64,000 bases of DNA, from assembly GCA_963702205.1 (NCBI GenBank), contig OY969724.1:1408001-1472000 (forward strand), written 5' to 3'. The translations under genes and the position numbers were made by a program. A model generated the notes under the pieces. That model was not told the DNA's origin, ran no database searches, and saw nothing but the letters and a program-made list of their open reading frames with translations. This DNA comes from an uncultured candidate division Zixibacteria bacterium (GTDB lineage Bacteria; Zixibacteria; MSB-5A5; GN15; PGXB01). Positions within the stretch are counted from its first letter, which is position 1. Each line of letters starts with the position of its first letter. This document shows, in pieces, positions 1 to 9,588 of the stretch.

Positions 1-394
1 ATTCTATTCCACCATCAGGCTCGACATACGCAAAATCGCCACGATCAAGGATAAAGAAGAAGTTGTCGGCAGCCGGACGAGAGTACGGGTCGTGAAGAAT
101 AAAGTCGCCCCGCCGTTCCGTGAAGCCGAATTCGATATAACCTACGGCATCGGCATTTCCAAGACCGGAGAAATGCTCGACCTCGGCGAGAAATTCGACG
201 TTGTTCAGAAATCGGGCGCGTGGTATAGCTATGGCAATGATCGGCTGGGGCAGGGTAGAGAGACGGCCAAGCGCTTTCTTGATGAGAACCGGGATATCTA
301 CGATGAAATCTCGGTCAACCTGCGCGAGAAGCTGGGATTCGCAGCACTCAAGCCAGCGCCCGAAGAAGTGCCCGCTGAAGAAGCCAAGGCATAG
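1..394 (+). CDS. recA: Recombinase RecA, C-terminal part (5' end outside window)
   Basis: Frame 2 reads [11 protein letters not shown]...[17 protein letters not shown]...KSGAWYSY...GQGRE, the RecA C-terminal motifs. Confidence 0.97.
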   Translation, partial: FYSTIRLDIRKIATIKDKEEVVGSRTRVRVVKNKVAPPFREAEFDITYGIGISKTGEMLDLGEKFDVVQKSGAWYSYGNDRLGQGRETAKRFLDENRDIYDEISVNLREKLGFAALKPAPEEVPAEEAKA

Positions 395-462
395 TGTCGT
401 TGGTTTCTAACAGTAGTGAATGAAAGTTCTGTCAGGGCCTGCTATAATTGAAAGCGCAGCCG

Positions 463-585
463 GTAGGTCGGGTTCCGAAGTCCCCGTCCTTACGGGGCCG
501 AGAAACCCGACATTATGTGCTCATGCCGTCTTTAGATGTCGGGTTTTTCATTCCCGCTGCAACGGGAATTCAGGACCCGACCTAC
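463..585. repeat. REP-like doublet (GTAGGTCGGG family)
   Basis: GTAGGTCGGGTTCC...AAACCCGACA (463-512) and inverted partner TGTCGGGTT...ACCCGACCTAC (537-585). Confidence 0.75.
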
Positions 586-623
586 CTGGTATCATTTGGT
601 ATGTTGGGGTGCGCCGCCACTTG

Positions 624-776
624 GAGGCTGTCCCAAAAGTACTCTTTTTAAGTTCCGCGGGGTCTTGTCCTGACGAAGTCGGGATGTGACCCTGCGGTCT
701 TTCAACGGTTTCCGTCGGGTGACAATTTCGACCACGTCGAAATCAACACCCGACGGAACACTTTTGGGACAGCCTC
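624..776. mobile_element. 153-bp MITE, copy 1
   Basis: Perfect 17-bp terminal inverted repeats GAGGCTGTCCCAAAAGT/ACTTTTGGGACAGCCTC; near-identical inverted copy at 42623-42775. Confidence 0.85.
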
Positions 777-890
777 CTTCCGGTGGGCTGGAATCAAGTT
801 CTGTCGCGTCGTGTTCCGACACCGTCGAAACGTATCCTGACAGATTCCTCGGTCGGTATTCAATCTAATAATTATTAAAATTGAGAGGGC

Positions 891-1889
891 TTATCTTATG
901 GGCTTGATATTGCTCTTGAGTCCGTCGGGACCCATTAGCTCGGCGAATATTTTAAGCAGTTTTTGATCGTACTCATCCGGCATCGAAAACATGACTTTCA
1001 GTGCGGGGAAAGTCTCGATGGCGTTTTGATAGACACGCTTGGTAGTCATGGCGTCGAAAGTATCGACGATAGCGACGATACGGCTGTACTCATGCATGTC
1101 TCGCAGAGCAATTCCGTGCGGATAGCCCCGGCCTGTCCCGCGCTCGTGATGCTGAAGGACCGGGTAGAGCGAGATCGATTCCAGCATATCGGCCTTGGCC
1201 AGTATTTCCACGCCCCATTGCGGGTGTTTTTTCATAAGCTCGAATTCGACCGGCGACAGCCCGGTTTTTTTATTCAGGATGCGTTCAGAAATGCGCGACT
1301 TGCCGACGTCGTGCAGCAGCGCTCCCACCCCGAGATTATACAGGAATTCTTCGTCTTTGAAACCCGCCTGCTGAGCCAGCGCGATGGCGAATGTGCAGAC
1401 GTTGACCGAGTGAGTGTAAGTATAGTAATCGAAAGAGCTGAGTCTTAGAAGATTGTGAAAGGCTTCCTGGCCGCGCAGAATATAGCTGACGGTGTTGGCA
1501 ACCAGACCTTGTGAGCGTTTGATATTTTCGCCGTAGGACGGATTATCCAGAACGTCTTTCATAAGAGTTTTCGAGGTTTCATAAAGAATGCCGGCGCGCT
1601 TTATTTCGGGGATGCTGTGATCCTGCAAAATTACGCTCAGGTTTTTTTCTATATATTTCTGGTATTTACCCTTGGCGTCTTCCTGGACATAAAGCCGCGA
1701 GACGCTGTTTTCGCGGAGTTTTTCGAGAGTTTGTTCGTTGAACGGCAGATCGGCCGAGCGATAGAGGACCATCTCGCCGTTGATTTTTATGAATAAATCA
1801 AAATCGAGAACGCTGTCGATACGCAAAGATTCCAGGTATATGGGCAGAAACCTGAGCGTAGTTTTGTGCTGCGTATTGGTAGTCGCCAT
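891..1889 (-). CDS. HD-GYP domain protein (putative c-di-GMP phosphodiesterase)
   Basis: TYTHSVNV, LLHDVGK, QHHER..GRGYP, IVDTFDAMT.KRVY motifs. Confidence 0.9.
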   Translation of the reverse strand: MATTNTQHKTTLRFLPIYLESLRIDSVLDFDLFIKINGEMVLYRSADLPFNEQTLEKLRENSVSRLYVQEDAKGKYQKYIEKNLSVILQDHSIPEIKRAGILYETSKTLMKDVLDNPSYGENIKRSQGLVANTVSYILRGQEAFHNLLRLSSFDYYTYTHSVNVCTFAIALAQQAGFKDEEFLYNLGVGALLHDVGKSRISERILNKKTGLSPVEFELMKKHPQWGVEILAKADMLESISLYPVLQHHERGTGRGYPHGIALRDMHEYSRIVAIVDTFDAMTTKRVYQNAIETFPALKVMFSMPDEYDQKLLKIFAELMGPDGLKSNIKPIR

Positions 1890-1924
1890 TTTATATCAAT
1901 TTATAGTAATGTCCGTTTCTCCTA

Positions 1925-1951
1925 TTATCGGCGGGTTGGCGGGAATAATTA
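1925..1951 (-). promoter_or_regulatory. Sigma28 (FliA)-type promoter of HD-GYP gene
   Basis: Minus strand TAAT-N15-GCCGATAA, about 35 nt upstream of the start codon. Confidence 0.7.
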
Positions 1952-1985
1952 AAAAAAACCCCCGGTGGGAGGAGTACCGGGGGCA
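1951..1985 (-). terminator. Rho-independent terminator of the 2020-2640 gene
   Basis: CCCCCGGT/ACCGGGGG stem with A-run on the plus strand. Confidence 0.6.
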
Positions 1986-2019
1986 TCTGTAGGAGGGAGG
2001 AAGAGAGCCTGATCAAAGA

Positions 2020-2640
2020 TCAGGCACCGTAATTTTTTATCTGCATCAGCACCGAATTCAAAGAATTCGTGATATTTGACAAAACGCCCGAATATCGCTT
2101 CAAAAGTTCGCTGTATTGCCATCGCATCTTGAAAGCCGTGGGCGGGAAATCGAAGAGGTCCAGCAGGGTTTTGCGATAAATTTCGTCGATGTAGCGGATT
2201 ATATAATATGGATATTCGGGGATATTTTCATCGCTGACTTCTCCGCGACTCAGGCGTCCGCGGTAGGTTTCGACCTTCTCGAGGACGACCGTCCCGAAAC
2301 ACCACGGTGTCATGATGATTCCGAGGTTGGTTCCATCGATATAGAAGTTACGGGCGGTCTTGTGTACCAATCCGATTATGATTTCTTTGGCTTTGAGGAA
2401 AGCCATTGTTTCGGAGTATTCATCCGACGTGGCTTCCATTTTGGAAGCTATATCATCGAGTTCATTCTGGCAGCGATCGTATATCTTTCCAAGAAAATCA
2501 TAATAATCGTCGAAATAAACTTTAATATTTTCAGAAAGGGTATAAATATAGAAGCCATCGGCGTCGTGATGAACCTTAGGCTCGTTGACCGCCTCAAGGC
2601 GTTCTCTGGTAAATCCCTGCTGAAATTTGCCTTCTAACAT
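2020..2640 (-). CDS. Hypothetical protein
   Basis: ORF with GAAGGAG RBS before ATG 2640; no recognised motif. Confidence 0.75.
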   Translation of the reverse strand: MLEGKFQQGFTRERLEAVNEPKVHHDADGFYIYTLSENIKVYFDDYYDFLGKIYDRCQNELDDIASKMEATSDEYSETMAFLKAKEIIIGLVHKTARNFYIDGTNLGIIMTPWCFGTVVLEKVETYRGRLSRGEVSDENIPEYPYYIIRYIDEIYRKTLLDLFDFPPTAFKMRWQYSELLKRYSGVLSNITNSLNSVLMQIKNYGA

Positions 2641-3026
2641 GTCTGGCTCCTTCACTCATTAACTCTTTCTATGTTTTAACTTTAGCAAAGGGTGTGCCCC
2701 GAATTTTATAACCGGACCCCTGGGCAAAAGGGAGTGAGCGACGGTCTGTTATATTGTTGTCACACAGCGATATAAAGCGACGAGAGAGCCTTTCTAATTC
2801 TTTCGCAATTGCACCTTTAAAGTCATGCAGAACGGTGCGCCCTGATGTCGTTGATAAAATAAGTGAATTGCATTTCACAGTAATTGCTGTGTCTTGGGGC
2901 CAATAATCAGGAGACTGTGTTCTAAAAATCCAGAAATCGGATCCATATGGAAATTACAGTCAGATTTTCGCGGCAATCATTTTTTGCACACGGATTCTTA
3001 TAACCCCGCATAAGGCTTGAAATTAC

Positions 3027-3053
3027 TAAATAATTTGTAAAGAGGGTCGATAA
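3027..3053 (+). promoter_or_regulatory. Sigma28-type promoter of histone-like gene
   Basis: TAAA-N15-GTCGATAA, about 90 nt upstream of ATG 3145. Confidence 0.6.
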
Positions 3054-3144
3054 AAAAATTATCGAATTTAAAACAATGGCCGGATTGAGTTTCGACGAAT
3101 TCGGTCTAAACCGTGACCGCATGTGTGAAGGGAGGAAAAACTTA

Positions 3145-3732
3145 ATGCCTCGCACAACCAAAACTAAGCGGACTACATCCCCCCGCCGGAAAACTACGAA
3201 GGCTGCATCGTACAAAAAGTCTCCGGCCCGTAAGGCTACGACGCGCAAAACGACGACTCGCAAGACGACGGCTCGCAAGCCCGTGCGTAAAGCCACGACA
3301 CGCAAGACCACGACTCGCAAGACAACGGCTCGCAAGCCCGTGCGCAGAGCTACAACCCGTAAAACGGTTGCTCGCAAGGCCACGACTCGCCGTACGACCG
3401 TACGCAAGACCACCGCTCGCAAGACGGTAGTCCGCAAAAAAGCTACGGCTCGCAAGCCCGTTCGCAAGACGAACACGCGCAAAACCACCTGGACGCGCAA
3501 AGCTACTCCGCGCAAGCCGGTTCGCAAAAGCACGACCCGCAAATCCAACTGGTCGAAAAAGGCTAATCAGTACAATCAGTATGAGCAGCCGACTCGTCGG
3601 GCTACCTCGCGCCGCAAAGTCGCGAACAGCAACCCGACCCGCAAGACGACTCGTCGCGCCACCACGCGCCGTGTGACCCGCCAGACCACTCGTCGGGCCA
3701 CCACGCGCCGCAACACCTGGCGCAATCGTTAA
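3145..3732 (+). CDS. Histone H1-like, Arg/Lys/Thr-rich repeat protein (Hc2/HctB-like)
   Basis: GGAGG RBS; pentapeptide repeats RKATT/RKTTT/RKTTA/RKPV; terminator follows. Confidence 0.8.
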   Translation: MPRTTKTKRTTSPRRKTTKAASYKKSPARKATTRKTTTRKTTARKPVRKATTRKTTTRKTTARKPVRRATTRKTVARKATTRRTTVRKTTARKTVVRKKATARKPVRKTNTRKTTWTRKATPRKPVRKSTTRKSNWSKKANQYNQYEQPTRRATSRRKVANSNPTRKTTRRATTRRVTRQTTRRATTRRNTWRNR

Positions 3733-3756
3733 ATCAGGACTATAACAGTCCTTTTG

Positions 3757-3790
3757 GCCCCGGCTTTTTTTGAAGGCCGGGGCTTTTTTT
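3757..3790 (+). terminator. Rho-independent terminator
   Basis: GCCCCGGC...GCCGGGGC followed by a T-run. Confidence 0.8.
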
Positions 3791-4115
3791 ATCAAAAAAC
3801 TTTAAATTTTTTATTGACTTCATACGCACAATTTTAGTATTAATGCCTCGATTTAATGTGGAGTGCGTCTGGTAATGTCGCACTTGTAAGAGGGGATATT
3901 TTTTTAGTTGACGGGAAAATCAAATATTATTAAGTATTGATTCTTAATTGAGAGCACAGGAAGTGCGTTTCCAACCGGTATATTATATGATGCCGTGAAG
4001 AAAGGAGGTGAGGAACGAAGTTAAGATTGATCATGCCGAATCGAGACTTTGAAATCTTAACCAACTTCGAAACAGACTTTTTGAAAATTGGACTTTTTTA
4101 ACAAAGGGTAAGATA

Positions 4116-5468
4116 ATGAAAAAACTGTTAATTTTGACACTGGCCATGTGCCTCCTGGCGTCGGCCAGCTTCGCGACTTATACTCGCGTGAAGACCATGG
4201 GTAACAACAATATGGTTCTTCATGACGAATATAATATCTGGATGTTCCCGTCAACCTTGTATGATTATCCCGAAATGTTCGTCGGCGAATTCACCAATAC
4301 CGATGCATTTGTTCCTCCGGCGTTAAAGTCTGCCAACATCGACGGCTATGGTTATGGATATGATTATGGCGGATACGTGTCAGGATTCGGTATGGGAAAC
4401 ATTCCGCACCTCGGCTCGTTCGAATTTTATGAAAACGGATTTACCAACCTTGGCGCACACTTCAAATTCAATGAAGAAAATCCATTTATAGTAGGCGTTT
4501 ACTTCACAAAATCGGAAACTTATACGCCTTTCAATTTTGTCCATCCCGACTATTATTGGTTTGAGTCTCCCGACCTTTCGGACGGGAATAATTTGACATT
4601 GCTACAGAATCAAAGAATCGATCTTTTCTACGCAAAGATGATGGGTGAGAATAAGTTGGGTGTTCATCTCGGCTGGGTTTATAGCGGAAATTCCATTGAA
4701 GATACTGATTTCAAACCTACGCTTAGCATGAATGTGTTGAACCTCGGTCTTGGCTATACCGCTATGGAAAACAAACTCGATCTGGGTTTGGATTTCAAAA
4801 TGATGACCTGGACAAGCGAGGATCAATACGGTTATAAATACTCCGAACCGGATGGGGCCATGACTTTCATGCTTGCCGGCCGTTATTTCAATGAGATGAA
4901 CCAGAAAATAACCTTGGTTCCTCACGGCAAGATTATGTACGAGAAATTCGGTGTCAAATATTACGATGATACCGACGACGATACTGCGACACCTACGGTA
5001 GTTACAGACAAAGACACTTTTACAGGCTTTAAGATTGATGGTGGTCTGGGTATGAATTATGCCGCAGCCGCCGGTGTAACGGCCGTCACCGATTTTGGAA
5101 TAAAATTCCAAAACCAAAAGATGAAATATGAGCCGACAGGTGGCACGTCCACGGAAGACAAGCTGAGCAGCATTACGGCTCCTTATTTCAAGGTCGGACT
5201 TGAAGCCACAGTATTTGACTGGTTCGATCTCCGCATGGGCGGTATTGATTACTGGATGTGGGAAACCTTTACTAACACTTCGGATCGCAAGTACAAAGAA
5301 AAATACGTCATGACGGAATTCTATCTAGGTGGCGCTTTCCACTGGGGTAATCTGAATCTCGATACGTATGTCAACCCGCAGATTCTGAACGACGGTTTGT
5401 ATTTCGTGAATGGCAGCTACACATATCCTTTTGCCTACCAGGTTTCGCTGAAGTACAAGATGTTCTAA
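4116..5468 (+). CDS. Outer-membrane beta-barrel protein (porin-like)
   Basis: Signal peptide MKKLLILTLAMCLLASASFA, alternating amphipathic strands, C-terminal YQVSLKYKMF. Confidence 0.75.
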   Translation: MKKLLILTLAMCLLASASFATYTRVKTMGNNNMVLHDEYNIWMFPSTLYDYPEMFVGEFTNTDAFVPPALKSANIDGYGYGYDYGGYVSGFGMGNIPHLGSFEFYENGFTNLGAHFKFNEENPFIVGVYFTKSETYTPFNFVHPDYYWFESPDLSDGNNLTLLQNQRIDLFYAKMMGENKLGVHLGWVYSGNSIEDTDFKPTLSMNVLNLGLGYTAMENKLDLGLDFKMMTWTSEDQYGYKYSEPDGAMTFMLAGRYFNEMNQKITLVPHGKIMYEKFGVKYYDDTDDDTATPTVVTDKDTFTGFKIDGGLGMNYAAAAGVTAVTDFGIKFQNQKMKYEPTGGTSTEDKLSSITAPYFKVGLEATVFDWFDLRMGGIDYWMWETFTNTSDRKYKEKYVMTEFYLGGAFHWGNLNLDTYVNPQILNDGLYFVNGSYTYPFAYQVSLKYKMF

Positions 5469-5498
5469 TTAGACTCATCATTGATTAGCTGATACAAC

Positions 5499-5526
5499 AG
5501 CCCCCGGCCGACCGGGGGCTTTTTTT
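5499..5526 (+). terminator. Rho-independent terminator
   Basis: AGCCCCCGG-CCGA-CCGGGGGCT plus T-run. Confidence 0.8.
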
Positions 5527-5580
5527 ATTGCCTTAAAGCCCGATTTCGGATTATCTATTCCGAAAACGACGGGAGGCCGG

Positions 5581-7737
5581 ATGCTTAAAGGAATATCAAT
5601 TTTAATCTTGATATTTATTTGTCTTTCAATTGTAACGCAAGCGCAGGATAATCCAGACGTCCTCGGAATGATTCTCGATTTGGTTGGCTTCAATCGCGCC
5701 GATATCGGTTTCCACGAAAAAGGCTACTGGAACCGCTATCCGCTCGACGTACCTTATAAATTGACGTCATTTGAAGATTTGTATCGCGAGCCATTCAAAC
5801 TTTACGATTACAGCAAGACTATGGCTAATTCGGTGAAATACTATCTCGATTCGGCTGTGCTGGATACGTCGTCGGTTTCGCTCTATCACCTGACCTATCT
5901 GGTCGGGGTCGACCGCAAGCTGGGCGGATTTCGGGATTACAGCGCCAATCTCAGAGAAGTCGCGGATTCGATCCAGCCGTTAGAGAATGCTTTCAAATCC
6001 CTATATGATCTCGCCGCCGACAGCACGGAATACCCGTCGTTTGCAGGAGATCCGTGGGACTGGAAACAGGCGAAAAAAGATATTGAGGACCAATCCAAAG
6101 ACATCCCCGATAACATACAATTGATCCTCGCAAAACTCATAATGAATACGGGCGATGCCATCCACTGGCGCAATCTCGCGTTCCGCAACTGCGATCCCGA
6201 CGTCATGCAGAGAGTGATCGACATCGACAGCCTGGCATTGAATCAGGCCGATGGCAACGTCTATCATCCGGAGATCGACGACATCGCCGCCTGTGTCGAT
6301 TATCCCTGTCTGCATAATGCCGCCCTCAAAATGGCCGCGATAGTCGAAGAAACCGCCGATTCGTTGATATATTACAATTTCCGACCGAAAGGCAATTTCT
6401 CAGTTTACACACCGTACGGTTACATTATGATTATTTCCGACGACTTTCCCTATAACCGTTCGGATCTGTATATCGGCCTGAACAACCCGCTGCTTGTCAT
6501 CGACGACATTTCTGACCACCATTTTTTGCAGACGGGAGGAGGAACGTCGATTAGTAATCCGGTTTTTGCTTTGATCGACCTGGGCGGTGACGATGAATAT
6601 AAAGCCGACGATGACTATTACGGCGCGTCGTTCGGCGGGGCCAAGCTCGGTGTGAGCGTCATGTATGACGCCTCCGGAAACGATACCTATATCGGGAATG
6701 AATACACGCAGGGCTCCGGGCTGTTCGGGGTGGGGATTCTGTTCGACAAACAGGGGGATGATAAATACCGGGCCAAGCTGTCGTCTCAGGGCTGCGGGTA
6801 TTTCGGGATCGGCCTGTGTTTCGACGCCGCCGGAAACGACAGCTTCTATATTTACGGTTCCGGGCAGGGATTCGGCGGCATCGGCGGCGGGGTCGGCGTG
6901 CTGGCTGATTACAGCGGCGACGACGTTTATATCGGAGAGAAAGACCCCTCGGTGTTCGACCTGGCCGATTATCACAGCCAATCGAAAATCAATGGCAACG
7001 GTGTGCAGGGAGTCGGTTTCGGTCGGCGCGGCGACATCACCGATGGCCACGCCTGGGCCGGGGGTTTGGGAGCCATTATCGATATTTCCGGCAACGATCA
7101 TTATCTCTCGGGTAACTGGTCGCTCGGGACGGCCTACTGGTTTTCGACCGGGATCGCCTACGATGGTTCCGGCAACGACGTCTATGAATCGTGCTATTTC
7201 ACGCAAGGGTCAGGCGCGCACTACTGCAACGGAATATTAATCGACGAGGGTGGCGATGACCGTCACGGACTCTACGCCACCGCCGGAGCGGGGCTTGGTT
7301 TTGGCTGGGACTGGACCAATGCCTTTCTGATCAATATCGGCGGCAATGATATATACCGGGCCGATATGATCTCGATGGGTCTGTCGCAGATTCGCTCCAA
7401 TGCTTTTTTGATCGACGTCGGCGGCGACGATAAGTACTACCTGAAAAAGGGCACGGCCGGGCTGGGTGAGGCCTCGTACCGTGAGGGGTTCGCCAAACCG
7501 CGACCGCTGACGCCGTATCCGTACTATTGCAAATCGTTCGGCGGCTTTATCGATATTGGCGGCGAGGATTCATATATTTCATTTACCGATAGCACCGAAT
7601 TACCAAACTCGCGGGTCGCTAACAACACCGTCTGGTTTGCCCCTGCCAAGAGCGACAGCCTGTACGGCGCCAATAATTTCGGGGTCGGCATCGATATTGA
7701 AAACGGGGTCATTCCCGAACTGGAATTGTGGAAGTAG
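5581..7737 (+). CDS. Secreted protein with ~11 D-x-x-G-(D/N)-D-x-Y repeats
   Basis: Signal peptide; repeats IDLGGDDEY, YDASGNDTY, FDKQGDDKY, IDISGNDHY and others. Confidence 0.8.
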   Translation: MLKGISILILIFICLSIVTQAQDNPDVLGMILDLVGFNRADIGFHEKGYWNRYPLDVPYKLTSFEDLYREPFKLYDYSKTMANSVKYYLDSAVLDTSSVSLYHLTYLVGVDRKLGGFRDYSANLREVADSIQPLENAFKSLYDLAADSTEYPSFAGDPWDWKQAKKDIEDQSKDIPDNIQLILAKLIMNTGDAIHWRNLAFRNCDPDVMQRVIDIDSLALNQADGNVYHPEIDDIAACVDYPCLHNAALKMAAIVEETADSLIYYNFRPKGNFSVYTPYGYIMIISDDFPYNRSDLYIGLNNPLLVIDDISDHHFLQTGGGTSISNPVFALIDLGGDDEYKADDDYYGASFGGAKLGVSVMYDASGNDTYIGNEYTQGSGLFGVGILFDKQGDDKYRAKLSSQGCGYFGIGLCFDAAGNDSFYIYGSGQGFGGIGGGVGVLADYSGDDVYIGEKDPSVFDLADYHSQSKINGNGVQGVGFGRRGDITDGHAWAGGLGAIIDISGNDHYLSGNWSLGTAYWFSTGIAYDGSGNDVYESCYFTQGSGAHYCNGILIDEGGDDRHGLYATAGAGLGFGWDWTNAFLINIGGNDIYRADMISMGLSQIRSNAFLIDVGGDDKYYLKKGTAGLGEASYREGFAKPRPLTPYPYYCKSFGGFIDIGGEDSYISFTDSTELPNSRVANNTVWFAPAKSDSLYGANNFGVGIDIENGVIPELELWK

Positions 7738-7779
7738 GCTTTAATGGCTGAAAAGTCAATGAAGTGCAAATAACCGCCT

Positions 7780-7849
7780 CGCGGCAGACGAGGGCGTCTG
7801 CCGCGCACTAAGCGATTTCAGTGACCGTCAGACGCCCTCGTCTGACGGT
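7780..7849. repeat. REP-like pair (CAGACGCCCTCGTCTG core)
   Basis: Two oppositely oriented hairpins sharing the same core. Confidence 0.7.
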
Positions 7850-7987
7850 TGCCGGAAACGGCACCGCCGCCCGTAATTAATATCGCAGCGGCCAGGTTGA
7901 GCGTCCGCCGCTCCAAATAAAAAGACGCCGGGAAAACTCCCGACGTCTCTGAATTTAATCTTCCAAAAACAGTTAAATCCGAACCGT

Positions 7988-9349
7988 TTACGTTTTTTGT
8001 GCCAGCGCCTCTTTTTTCTTCTCGCCCTTTAGAAGAGAGGCTTTAAGCAGCGGTGGTGTCACCAGGGTTGTCACGATTACCATGATAATCACGGCCGAGA
8101 ACGTCCCGGGTGCGATGACCCTCTCGGTGCCGATCATCAGCTTGGCGCCGATTCCGGCGAAAATCAAACCGACTTCACCCCGGGGGATCATCCCCAGTCC
8201 CACCGCCAGCCGGTTGGTTGTTTTATCGAATATGGCCAGGGCACAGGCCTGCTTTCCGACGATGGCCGCAAGCGTCATCACCCCGGCAAAGGCCAGAATG
8301 GCCGTATGTGTAAACGTGATAAGTTCCACCATCATACCCATCCTAACAAAAAAGATCGGCACGAGAAATATCCCGATCGGCTTGATCAACTCATCTATAA
8401 AATGCTCGCCTTTGTGAGTGAAGTCCTGGTACTGGACGCGATCGAGGATCAGTCCCGCGGCAAAGGCTCCGACAATCGGAGCCAGGCCGATTTCACTGGC
8501 GATGTAGGCCAGAAGAAAACAAACCAGCAGAGCGGTTGAGAGCAGAACGCCTTTGACCTTGAGCTTGCTGCCGAATTTGAAAACGCGCGGCATGATCCAG
8601 TTGCCGATGACAATTGACCCGATCACGAACCCGACCGCCTTACCGACAATCAGCAGTACGGCCAGTGAACTGATACCTTCGCCGCCGTGTGCCGCGGCGT
8701 TGATGATGCCGACTACGACCGCGAGTATCACCAGTCCCATGATGTCATCAATGACGGCTGCCCCGAGTATTATTTTGGCTTCGGCCGTTTTAATTTTCCC
8801 TATGTCCTGCAGAACCCGGGCCGTTATCCCGACCGAGGTAGCTGTAAGAGTCGCACCTATGAAAATGTGAACGTATATCGTTTCTTCGGGCAAAAATAGT
8901 ATTGCCACACCCCAGCCGAGGAAAAACGGTGCGATGACACCGAATGTCGCCACCATGAACGACGCCACCCCGACCTTCATCATCTCGGCCAGTGACGATT
9001 CCAGACCGACTTCAAAAAGCAGGATAATCACCCCGATTTCGGCCAGCACCTCCAGGGTCAAACTTTGTTTGAAAGGCTCGAAAACATCTATGCCGACCAG
9101 CGTCAAGTTACCGATAACCATCCCGATAATAAGTTCCCCCAGCACAGCCGGTTGTTTGAATCGTTCGAGCAGGTCGCCGCCGAGCTTGGCCGACAGCAAA
9201 ATCACGATGAGGCCCAGAAGCACGTCGGCTACTTCATTGGATTCAGCCGTGCCTGCGGATGCAAAGGCGTTGGAATAAAACAGAAACCCCGATACGACTA
9301 CCAGGGCGAGTATTAATCTTCTGGTCGTTAGCAATCTTGGAATATTCAA
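7988..9349 (-). CDS. Cation:proton antiporter (CPA2, NapA-like)
   Basis: Multi-TM protein with LFEVGLE, ATSVGIT, AAVIDD and GMIPRGEV motifs. Confidence 0.92.
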   Translation of the reverse strand: MNIPRLLTTRRLILALVVVSGFLFYSNAFASAGTAESNEVADVLLGLIVILLSAKLGGDLLERFKQPAVLGELIIGMVIGNLTLVGIDVFEPFKQSLTLEVLAEIGVIILLFEVGLESSLAEMMKVGVASFMVATFGVIAPFFLGWGVAILFLPEETIYVHIFIGATLTATSVGITARVLQDIGKIKTAEAKIILGAAVIDDIMGLVILAVVVGIINAAAHGGEGISSLAVLLIVGKAVGFVIGSIVIGNWIMPRVFKFGSKLKVKGVLLSTALLVCFLLAYIASEIGLAPIVGAFAAGLILDRVQYQDFTHKGEHFIDELIKPIGIFLVPIFFVRMGMMVELITFTHTAILAFAGVMTLAAIVGKQACALAIFDKTTNRLAVGLGMIPRGEVGLIFAGIGAKLMIGTERVIAPGTFSAVIIMVIVTTLVTPPLLKASLLKGEKKKEALAQKT

Positions 9350-9588
9350 TTCATCACCCGTAAATTTGAAAATATAAATTAATTAGCGAAACTACATTCT
9401 TTCGTGCGATAAGGCAAGCGATTTTTAATCGACGGGCGCGGGGAGAGGGGCAATTGATGGTTATGCCACGTGACAAAAACCGCTTGCTTGACGGGCTTTC
9501 CCGTTGTATTTTGGCACTCTTATCGTCAATTAATGAGGAACCCGCCTATTGGAGGGATGTATAAATTATTAAATTTATAAGGGAATGA

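Noticed and set aside
592..868. Short ORFs 592-822 and 686-868 (also 42523-42819 and 42576-42947)
   Set aside because: Translations of MITE and palindromic repeat DNA.
2922..3795. Antisense ORFs over the histone-like gene (and 32235-32627)
   Set aside because: Shadows of low-complexity repeats; RBS and terminator support the basic-protein strand.
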